From: Phaeosaccion multiseriatum
Taxonomy: Eukaryota; Protista; Ochrophyta, other classes
Assembly (NCBI GenBank): GCA_965112735.1
Contig: OZ218957.1
Span: forward strand, 1-64,000
Length of the DNA stretch: 64,000 nucleotides
Direction: 5' to 3'
A program made the position numbers and the translations under genes. The first letter of the stretch is position 1, and each line of letters opens with the position of its first letter. The notes under the pieces were generated by a model. That model did not search any database and had not been told where the DNA came from. It was given only the letters and a program-made list of their open reading frames with translations. Of the stretch, positions 12,712 to 22,595 are shown one piece after another.

Positions 12712-12896
12712 TCCTGTGGGATGAAAAGGTGTTGTATATTACACCCTTAAGTGCCATCTATGGTTGTCTAAAAGTAATGAAAAGGCGTCCCCAGGCTGGA
12801 ATTCATATTCTTAACGTGACAATTCTTCCGCCGCCGCCCTATTCTGTCAATGAATTGTCCCCACCTCTGATATCACCCTTGAGCGCTTAGTAGTGT

Positions 12897-12904
12897 TATA
12901 TAAA
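12897..12904 (+). promoter_or_regulatory. Possible TATA box (TATATAAA)
   Basis: Canonical-looking TATA ~55 bp upstream of the ATG at 12957; motif match only. Confidence 0.35.
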
Positions 12905-12956
12905 GCGTACTTCGTAGTACTCGCACTCGTACTCGATATGAGAAGGGGGGAAACTC

Positions 12957-14192
12957 ATGGCCAATGCGAGGAAGGCGGTCGCGCTTTGGTGCCTGTGTGT
13001 CACTGCTATTTGCGCAGTGACTACCGATGTAGGTGGAGAGGAGTACCAGTCCGAAGAAGGTAGCCCGGTCGGATACTTGCAAGAACCACCTGGTTGCCCC
13101 GGCTACGGAATGTATGCGTCGCACGCCGAGACCGTCTATGACGTGGTCATTGTAACTCGCTATTGGGGTGACTTGGAGATTGGTGTAGAACGCACCCTCT
13201 CGAGATACTTTGATGTGAGGCTCACGGAGTCCACACTTCCCGAGCATCAAGCAGTAACAACGAACGAAGGAGGGGAGGTTATGCTTCCACGACTCCCAAA
13301 CCGGCCCGTCATGATGGTGTTCTCAATTCCAGAACACCTTGAGGACCTCATCACGTTAATTACTGCCCTGAAGGACCAGATGACGGACGAAGACCGGGAG
13401 GAGCTCGCCCGCCGGAGGGCGGCAAGTAGAGGTCCTGCACTAGTCGTGGGACACAGGGATATACATCTCTCGAAGGTCAGAACGGAAATACTTGCAATCC
13501 AAGCTCTTGATTATTTCGATTCCATTACGTACGAGGCAATGGACGTTGATATGGATGGAGTGACTCCACATGCGATGGGGCTCTCCGCCCCATACATCCC
13601 CCGCTGCGGTGAGAAGAATATTATGAATGCCATTGAAAGCGCGAACGTCGCCAATAAGTCCAACAGTATCCTCGGAGCCTGGGGAAAGATGTGGCCTCAA
13701 CTTGATAGCATGCGAGATCGGAAGAGTGCAAAGGAGTTCGTGGAGGCGCACGAGTGGGTGGACCATGGGCTAGTGTCTACCGAAGCGTGGTGGGCTCATT
13801 TAGGGACATACAGGTTCATCATTTCGCCGACTGGGTTTGGAATTCAATCGCCGAAGACCTGGGAGGCCATTCTCATGCAGACCATTCCTATTGTTTTGGC
13901 AAACCCAACCTATAGCGGTCTCAAAGACATGGGATTTCCCATAGTGGTCGTGCACGACTGGAACGAGATCACAGAGCCGAAGCTGGACGAGTGGTGGGCT
14001 GAGCTGTCGCCCAAGCTTCCTCTGGCTCGGTGGATGTTCAACCCCACGGTCTGGGCAAAATACTTCACGGCCCCGGTCATGAACCGGCCTCCAGACATCA
14101 TGGACTACCTCCAGAATGACGTGTTTTGTCTTCATTCATTTGGGGCTGTCGAGGTCGAGCAGCTGGACAGACGTTCGAGGGTAGGTGTCTGA
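12957..14192 (+). CDS. Intronless secretory-pathway protein, exostosin/GT47-like glycosyltransferase domain (411 aa)
   Basis: Clean, non-repetitive ATG-TGA ORF with a hydrophobic N-terminal signal (AVALWCLCVTAICAV). C-terminal YRFIISPTGFGIQSPKTWEAILMQTIPIV...PIVVVHDWNEI resembles the exostosin-family F.l.P.G.G..s.R..EA....IPV motif. Confidence 0.7.
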   Translation: MANARKAVALWCLCVTAICAVTTDVGGEEYQSEEGSPVGYLQEPPGCPGYGMYASHAETVYDVVIVTRYWGDLEIGVERTLSRYFDVRLTESTLPEHQAVTTNEGGEVMLPRLPNRPVMMVFSIPEHLEDLITLITALKDQMTDEDREELARRRAASRGPALVVGHRDIHLSKVRTEILAIQALDYFDSITYEAMDVDMDGVTPHAMGLSAPYIPRCGEKNIMNAIESANVANKSNSILGAWGKMWPQLDSMRDRKSAKEFVEAHEWVDHGLVSTEAWWAHLGTYRFIISPTGFGIQSPKTWEAILMQTIPIVLANPTYSGLKDMGFPIVVVHDWNEITEPKLDEWWAELSPKLPLARWMFNPTVWAKYFTAPVMNRPPDIMDYLQNDVFCLHSFGAVEVEQLDRRSRVGV

Positions 14193-14236
14193 GCAACTTC
14201 ACGGCGCGGTCAGCCAGCACCTGTGTAGTGTGGTAG

Positions 14237-14274
14237 CGTACTTTTGCTAGACTGTAGAGTCAAGCAAAAGTACG
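14237..14274. terminator. Strong stem-loop 45 bp after the stop of the GT47-like gene
   Basis: CGTACTTTTGCT / AGCAAAAGTACG 12-bp perfect stem, plus inner GACT/AGTC pairs and a GTAG loop. Function is inferred. Confidence 0.45.
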
Positions 14275-14308
14275 ACTTCTAACACGTCGTCTGGTGCCAT
14301 GCTAGCGT

Positions 14309-14963
14309 CTATGGGGGGAGCTGCTGTTGCTGAGTGGGAGCCGCTGGCTGGTGCTGCTGCTTCTGAAGGACGGCATCCGTGAGCGTCGCCAGGTGTGTCT
14401 CGAGTGACGTCAGCACCGCCTGCTGCTCCTTCATGGCGGTCTGGAGGCGCAGTAGATTCTCCTGGTGCTGGGCCGCCTGCTGCTGAAGGGGGGCCTGGAA
14501 AGTTGTTGCCTGCTGCGCCAGTGCTGCCCGTAAATCAGCTTTGGTGACATAATTTGGTTCATCAGGGCTTGTGCCTCCCCCCAGAGGGTGAGTGGTAATC
14601 CTGGGGGGGGGGGGTTACCTGAGTGTTGGACGTGGTGGCCGATGTGGAGGGGGGCGTTGTCACTTGGGTCCCGGTGGGGGGCTGCTGGGGTGGGGCGGGC
14701 TGTGGTGCGCTCTGGCGTCCCCAGGGGTTGGGACCGTTCCGTCCTCCTCCGCCCTTGCCTCCCATCCTCTTGGAGGGGGAGGGCTTGCTCCGGTTGCTAG
14801 GCTTGGGTGGGGCGGGAGGTGTCGCTGTGACCCTGCCCCTGCCTGGGCTGCCTGCTCTGGCGGGGGGGTTGGGCAGGAGCTGCGGTGATGAGGATGCCTT
14901 GGGCGTCGGTGCGTGCCTCGTTGAGGAGTGAGAGGCCCCATCGCAGGTCTTCGAGGCTGCCAA
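14309..14963 (-). pseudogene. Frameshifted Pro-rich + coiled-coil ORF, possibly a retroelement ORF1-like remnant
   Basis: ORF 14963-14562 continues after a 1-nt shift (candidate homopolymer runs at ~14580 and ~14603-14614) as DEPNYVTKADLRAALAQQ...LLRLQTAMKEQQAVLTSLETHLATLTDAVLQKQQ...LPP*. The start is uncertain. Confidence 0.4.
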
Positions 14964-15708
14964 TGGACTTAATCTGAAGCCAAGTGACCTACCTGTCTCA
15001 CTGCCTTACTGCCTTACTGCCCTGTGGTGGAGCAGGAAGGGCGCAATTACGTCATTATTATGTAGGCAGTTTAGAGTAAGTCAGTGGGTGGGTGACGGAT
15101 CTGCAGGGGCCGGCTGGCCCCTTCCTCGCTCCCGAACTGGTATTAAGTGGAAAGCTTCCATAAACACAAGGAAGCTTCCAGGGTCTCTGGGTGGGATAGA
15201 CCTCAGCCCTAAATACATCATCGTCCGTATCACTTCTCGCCACACGCGGTGCACGCGGTGCTCAGCTTGGTACCTTCATACTCTCTAGGCAGAGGGAGGT
15301 AGCGTCCCCACACCTCCTTCCGCCCCTCACACCCCCTACTCCTCGTCCCATCTCCACATCCCCACTTTGCTCCCCCCTCCCCCCCCAACTTCGCTGTCTA
15401 TGCTTTTCTGTGGGCCAGCAGCAAGCTCCTCCTCCTCCCCCCCCCTCCTGTAATTCACTGCCAGCTATGATTGCTGCCATGCCTTTGGGTCTTCTTCGAC
15501 TGCCTGGCTGAGGCTCTGGCTCGGCCCAGGAAAGCAGACCTCGTTGTATCCACCAGCCACACACATGCACGCACGCACACGCACCCACGTGCCCCACTCT
15601 TCTCGGCTGGAGCCTTCTGTACCATCAACCCTTTTCCTCCCTCCCTCCCTTGCAACTGCAGCTGGTAGAGCTGACAGAGCTGGTGCTCAAGTGGGGCAGC
15701 CCGCTAAG

Positions 15709-17615
15709 CTAACAACGAGGGGAAGCAGCAGAGTCTCCCGGCGGGTTCTCCTGCCCCACCAAGGCCCCTCGGGACAGCGCGGAGTGGAAGCTCCTAAGCT
15801 TGGCGAAGAGCATCCCGTACGTACAGTACCCTCCACTGCCATCTCCATCGCTCTCTCCTCCTCCCCCGGCTGCACCAAACTTCTCCAACAGGAGCTCCGT
15901 CTCCCTCTGCCGAATGTCCAAGGTGAGCAGCACATCTGTGAGCAGGTCCTTGCAAATGACGTCACTTTCCGAGAGGTTCCGAGTCTTCATGGCGGCCGCC
16001 AGCAGCGCATTGTCTCGCGCCAAAAAGAGTACGTTATGGAGCTTACGTAAGGTCTTGGTGAGCATTGTGTTCGCCAAACCAGAGAGGGGGATCTGCAAGC
16101 CGGCGTATAGGTTTGGGCAAGTGGGAGAAGGGAGGAAGGGGGCGGGGGGGTGGAGCATCACCAGGCGCAGAGCAAGTGGACACCATAGGAGCGGGGGGGG
16201 CGAAGGGTGGCAACAAAGGGCTGAGGTAGGTAGAGGTGGAGGAGGAGGAAGCACTTCTCTTGTCTTCGTCTTCGTCTTTTCTGCTCCTTCCCTTCGGTAG
16301 CCCGCCCACCTTCCCCCAAGGACGCACACACGCAAACGCCCTGACTCACCCTCTGGGCACTCTTGACGGCCTGCGACAGGAGCTCCTGCTGCACTCTCCC
16401 TTCCGTTGCGGCCCCTGCCAACTTCGCCAGGCTTCCCGACTCTCTTCCTCGACTCGGAAACCCTCCCGAGGCCTCCGAGCCTATGCCAAGCTCCCCCGTG
16501 GACGGCGTGAGGGTGAGGGCGGCGAGGAGGGTGGATACGCCGAGGGGCATGCGCCGGCGCTGCTGCTGATCCGCGCCTCGGGTGTCCGTCCTTTTCCTCA
16601 ACAGGGGATTCTTGTCCATCGGCTTTGGTTGGTGCGGCTGTGAGGTGTGACACGGAAGGAAGAGGGCGAAGGAGTGAAGGGAGAGGGGGGGTGAGCGATC
16701 GATCGCCGTGTGTGATGTGTGATGTGTGATGGTTTTGTTGGCTTGCTTCGATGAGTCAAAGCAGCAAACAAGGCTTGGGTGAGAAGATACGACAAAGACA
16801 GAGCGAAGCTTTGCCGATGGCTCGAGCGCACTCGGTGTTGGGATCCTCTTTGCTCTCTGCGCCCCTTTCCTCATCCCCTCGAATCGAGCCCTCAGCCGTG
16901 CCTTCTCGTCGCTCACGCTCACCTCCAACACGACGACAACAGCCCACACACACACACACACACACACACAACCACAACAACACTTGCCTGGTTTTTCCGC
17001 TGCCTCTCGTCCTGCTGATCCTGCTGCATCTGCGCCTCTGTCAGCAGGAACACCACCAGCGCCTCTTCATGCGGGGTCAGCAGCTCCCTTCCCATCCCCT
17101 CCAGCCCTGCCACACCGCTTGCTCGTCTCCTCCCTGCCGCCAGTCGCGAGGGCGAAGGCACAGGGGCGGATGATGCCTGCGCTGGAGTGGGCGCCGTCAC
17201 GACGCTCAATCTCGCAGACAACTCCTCCCAAGTCAGCGCAGGCTCAGCAGCCGGGCCATCCTCCTCCCCTGCTTCCTCCTCCTCCGCCTTCCCTGTCGTG
17301 TCCGAGGGTTTCTGGGTCGTGGTTGTCTCTGAGGAGAGGAGAAGGTCTTTAAGGGCGAATCCGGGGGGCAGCAGTGCGTCCAGTGACCTCGCCAGCTTGT
17401 GGCACGCCTCCGCTGCATCCCAATTGGGGTGCCGCCCCCCCAAGTAGTGGTAGGTGAAGGAGTCCGCCTGTGGTTGGTGGGTGGTGCCCGCGGTGCAGGG
17501 TTAGGAGCGTGTGTAGGCTTGTGTGTGTATGTATGCTTGTGTGTGTATGCGTGTGTGTGTATGCGTGCGTGTGAGTGTGCGTGTGTGTGTGCATGCATGT
17601 GTGTATGTGCGTGTG

Positions 17616-17651
<36 letters not shown>

Positions 17652-20600
17652 GTGTGTATATGTGTGTACACGGGTGTGTGTGTGCGGGCATGAAAGTGAC
17701 CGACACCAATTGCCTCACTAAATAAAGAGGGGCGCGGAGGGCACAAGGGAGCAGCCCAGTGCCACTCTCGAGTTTCAGTTTGTTGGCTCACCTCCAGGAT
17801 CTTGAGCTCCACAGCGGGCATGGTGAGCAAGCTGCCCACGCTAAAGTCGTCAAGCACAAAGGGCAGCCCTGTCTCCTTGTTCGTGAAGCTGGGGAGGGAG
17901 GGAGGGAGGGAGGGAGAGATAGATGTTGATCGAAGGTCAACAAACGGAAACGGAAACTGACCCCCACATACGCCTGACGCACCGGCCCCTCTTGAGGTAT
18001 GTCCCTGCCGCCACGCCGGAGTTGCTCCCCCTGGGGTGCTGCACATACACGGCGAGGGAGTCGTCGGAGGGGTACAAGCAAACCACATACTCCGTCCCTG
18101 CAGAGCTGTACGAAGTAGAGCCCGAGGTCAGGATGGCCTGGGGGGAGGGGAGGGGTGGTGGTCTCGTGTTCGGTAACACTGCAAGAGTTTCTTCTTATTG
18201 CGTTGGTCGGATGATAGCTTTGGCACTCCCCTCTTCCCTCCTCTCTCTCTGTCCCTCTCACGCATCCGCACATACACACTCACACCGGATGCGCACGCGC
18301 ACACGCACACGCACACGCACGCACGCACGCAGGCACACACACGCAGGCAGGCATACACAAACACACATCCTACGCACATCCAACACGCACACACGCACCT
18401 TGAAGCGGAAGACAATGCCCTGATTCTCGCTGGCCTGGAGGAAGCGTCCGAGAAGGTTCCCCGGCCGCTTGGGGTGTAGCAGCGAATCCACAGGGTGTTT
18501 GGCGGGTCTCGGCACCGTCTTGTTGTGCTGGGCCCGCTCTATGAAGGCAGCTAAGTCGCCCTGCCCTTGCCTTCGCATGTCTAGTCCTACCACCTCGGCC
18601 CACCTGCGTGTGCGTGTGTTGGTGGTGGGGGGGGATGTGGGGGTGTGTGAGTGACAGCGCAGCGTCACACGCACATACATGCACACGTACCCACACATCC
18701 ACATTCGCTCACTCACGCACGCACGCACGCACGCACTCACTCACGCCCTCACTCACTCACTCATTCACTCACGCACTCACCACTGATACGTGCTCTCGTT
18801 GGCGCCGCAGATGGTGAGGGTCTTTCCCCCAATGCGAACTGTCTGACCGACCCTAAAGTCCATCAGCTGCAGAGCTTCCGCGCTACCCTCTCTCCCTGCC
18901 CCACCCCAACCTCGACCCCCTCGACTGTGGCTCTTCCCCCCCCGGGGGGCTCCGGCGGCGGCCAGGGAAGAGGAAGAGGCAAGGCAAGCGGGAGAGGTGT
19001 TGTTGTTGTTGTTGCTCCCCTCGATTGAAGCCCCGATGGAATCGACACAGGTTTGCACGACGTCCTCCTTGGGTACCACTTGCCGCTTGAGAACGATAGG
19101 ACTGAGGAATGGGATGGGAGGGAGGGAGGGAGGGAGGGAGGGAGGGAGGGAGGGAGGGAGGGAGGGAGGGAGGGAGGGAGGGAGGGAGGGAGGGAGGGAG
19201 GGAGGGAGGGAGGGAGGGAGGGAGGGAGGGAGGGAGGGAGGGAGGGAGGGAGGGAGGGAGGGAGGGAGGGAGGGAGGGAGGGAGGGAGGGAGGGAGGGAG
19301 GGAGGGAGGGAGGGAGGGAGGGAGGGAGGGAGGGAGGGAGGGAGGGAGGGAGGGAGGGAGGGAGGGAGGGAGGGAGGGAGGGAGGGAGGGAGGGAGGGAG
19401 GGAGGGAGGGAGGGAGGGAGGGAGGGAGGGAGGGAGGGAGGGAGGGAGGGAGGGAGGGAGGGAGGGAGGGAGGGAGGGAGGGAGGGAGGGAGGGAGGGAG
19501 GGAGGGAGGGAGGGAGGGAGGGAGGGAGGGAGGGAGGGAGGGAGGGAGGGAGGGAGGGAGGGAGGGAGGGAGGGAGGGAGGGAGGGAGGGAGGGAGGGAG
19601 GGAGGGAGGGAGGGAGGGAGGGAGGGAGGGAGGGAGGGAGGGAGGGAGGGAGGGAGGGAGCGAGAGAGGGAGGGAGGGAGAGGGAGGGAGGGACAAAGGA
19701 CGGGAGAGTAAGACAGGTATGGAGATAGAGAGCAGCGACGGACAGAAAGGGACGTATGGAGAGGGTAGACTTAGGGGTGGATTGATTTCTCAGAGAGCAT
19801 TAGAAGGCAGCAGAGGGCAGGAAAACGAACGAGGGGGGGCATGTGAGCATCTCACAGAGAAGCTTTGCTGTCCTTGTCGCGTTGGCTCTTTGGGAGCGTC
19901 GCCCGCACGAACTGTCCGCGTGCGATCCTGCTGCTCTCCGCCCTGCCTGCCTTGCTTCTCGTACGCATGCACGCACTCACTCACGCGCGCACACACTCAC
20001 TCACTCAATCCGCAGCTCTCTTATTGACTCACTCACTCACTCACTCACTCACGTACCAGGGTGTCGTGAAGTGATTCCCGCCCCTTGTGTCAACGAGCTC
20101 TCGCATCTCCAGCGAGCCATCTGTGAGGAAGTATTGGAGGGTGTACAGGTGCAGTGAGCCCTGCTCCGTGTCGCGATCGTCCCAGTGAGCATAGTACTGT
20201 AACGCCTCCTTCCTGCTGCTGGACAAGCTGACTCGGTAACCCCCCCTGTGGCCACCGGAGAAGGACGAGTATAGGCTGTCCACGCTCGGCTGCTGCTGAC
20301 CCCCACCTCCACCCCAGCCGCTGTTCAGAGAGGAGATGGAGGGGCAGCCATCAGCCCCTGCTGCCATAAGGAAGCAGCTGTCGCCGCCCTCCACCTCTCC
20401 TCCCCCGCCTTCGCCTCCTCCGAAGCTTCCCTTCCCGTTGCCCACGTGCCCGCCCCCGTTGTTGTGCTGGGAGGGGTTTCGGGGCACGTGCTTGGTAGGG
20501 CTGCCGATGGCCAGGCCGACGCTGGCAGATGGCACTTCAAGGGTCATCTGTCCCGCCCGCTCGGGATGGTCCCTCCTGTTCGCGAAAAGGAGCAGGGAAG

Positions 20601-22177
20601 GGGGAGGATGGCGTCGCTCGCTAGAGTCATTCACTCCCTCACACACTCAGTAACGAGCCAGTTCGCTCTCTCTTATCCATCTTATTACTCACTCACTCAC
20701 TCACTCACTGACCTCGTGCTACTGTCGGCGTCGTGCAGGAGCACCTTGTATCCGTTTAGGACTAATTCTCGTCCGACGGCAAGATCTGTTACTCTCAGAG
20801 GCCTCTTTTGCTGCCGAAGCAAAGCAAGCAGGCAAGGCACACAAGAAGAAGGAAGCAACGCGAAGGCGGGGCAGAGGAGATTTACCACAGCTAAGAGAGA
20901 GAAGGCCAATGCGTCAATGAATTGGAAGTTGGTTGTGTGGGATGATTGCTGCTGAAGGATAATGTTGATAAACCGAACCTCACCCTGCGGTCCTTTTGGT
21001 CGGAGGTGCCGAGGGGACAGGGATCTGATATAAGGACCTCGCTCCTCTTGACAATGACGCCTCCGTAGCCGCCATTGTTGTCCTCCCTCTTCTCCACCAC
21101 CTCCACCGTTCCGTCCTCCATGAAGTAGTAGACCTTCCCGCATGTATTGGGCAGCACGAGGAGGGAATGGTATGCATGCGTGGGTCAGATTTGCTTTGAC
21201 TGGGGGAAAGAGAGGGGGGGGGGGGAGAGGGAGAGAGAGACAGATAGAGAGACAGAGAGAGAGACCCTCCTCCTCCCTCTCTAACAGCCTACCCCTTACT
21301 CAAAGTGACGCAGAGTGATGGACGGAGTCGCCACTGAGCCACCCCCCCCCCCACTCCCCTAGCCGTGAGACTCCCCTATTGCCCTCTCGCAGTCGCTACA
21401 CACGCCCAACCCAAACAAATAGACCAAACTAAACCAAGCGCGCACCGTAACATGACGAGTATGGTACTCGCACTCGGTGAGTGTGTGTTGGCGCTGCTCC
21501 ATGATGATGCCGAAGAAGCGCAGCACCCTGGGCTGGGCGGCGGCCGCCTGCACCAGGGGATCGGCCTCAACAAAGCGGTGCTTGTCTCGGAGGGTGCCCC
21601 TGCTCGGCACGCTGGGCACGACTGTCTGATTGAAGCTCTGCAGAGTCGTCTCGTACGCATCCGCCCGCGATGGCAGCGAAAAGGCTATCGCCGCTTCGGC
21701 CCTGCTGCTCTCCCTTCTTCTTCCTCCTCCATCTGCTCGTGCTGAAGCACGGCCGGCCCCCATAAGCTCGGTATTATCACTCACGCGGGGGCCTAGCGCC
21801 CGTCTGGACGCCACTCCTGTCTTGACTCTCGCCGTCCTCGCCGCAGGGCGGTGTGGGAAATACGATCGCTCCGTCTGGCTCCCGTGCTTCAGGTCGAAGA
21901 CGCATGGCCTCTTGGGCGAACAGGCAGCGTGGTGGTGGCCCAGCTTCAGACTAGCGTGTCCCCTACTGCTGCTAAGGACATATGCGGGCCCTTTCGTGTC
22001 TCTGGCGGCTGCTCGCGACCCCCCTACGCCAAGCCCACCCTCTGTGAGCTGCAGCCTCATTGCTCGCGGGTAGGATTCCTGCGACGGCGGAGACGCACAT
22101 GGTGTTGCCGTCTCCGGTGCCTCGTCCATCGCCGGCTCCGGAAGCCGCAGGGGCGGAACGATATGAGCTGCAGCCAT
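15709..22177 (-). CDS. EFHC1/EFHC2/Rib72-like axonemal protein with three DM10 domains (~11 exons)
   Basis: Spliced exons give DM10 motifs: VLRFFG...VYYFMEDGTVEVVE...DLAVGRELVLNG; LQYYAHWDDRD...YFLTDGSLEMRE...DFRVGQTVRIGG; VFRFKAIL...LYPSDDSLAVY...DFSVGS...LEADSFT. C-terminal EF-hand-like region. Checked intron phases are consistent. Confidence 0.85.
19116..19660. repeat. (GGGA)n microsatellite, ~135 units, intronic
   Basis: Perfect GGGA run inside an EFHC-like intron, reading (CCCT)n just upstream of the acceptor at ~19102 on the transcribed strand. Confidence 0.97.
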
Positions 22178-22595
22178 TGTCCACGGCTGTATGTACCTCA
22201 AAGAGTCGGAGAGGAGAGCTCGGTTCCTGTCCCGTCCCGTCTCGCTAGAGTCTTTGGCGTTTCAGAAATTCCGTGAGGAATTTGGGTTTAAATTTGCAGA
22301 ATCGGTCCACGCAATCGAAGATCTCCTCTTTGGAAGCATACCAAAGCCGAGAGGAGGTAGTCTGGCGTCTGGAGGCTTCAGGTGGGCCTGGACGGGCACT
22401 GTTTGACGAAGAGAGAGCGACGAAGATCCACCCGTGCCGTCTCCTAACTTCTTCTCCTCCTCCTTCGTCCCCTCTCTCTCTCTCTTAGAAGGGAGGTTGC
22501 TGCCATGGACGCGGCGCAGCGGAGGAGCGGCAGCACTGAATGAATAGCGCCAAGCCTTCTGCGTGTTAACTAACCAGGAAAGGGGAAGGACAAAC

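Noticed and set aside
14237-14285. Helitron 3' end (hairpin + CTRR)
   Set aside because: CTAA follows the hairpin too closely, is not followed by T, and no matching 5' end was identified.
18863-20027. PSLP/GREG repeat ORFs
   Set aside because: Translations of the intronic (GGGA)n tract.
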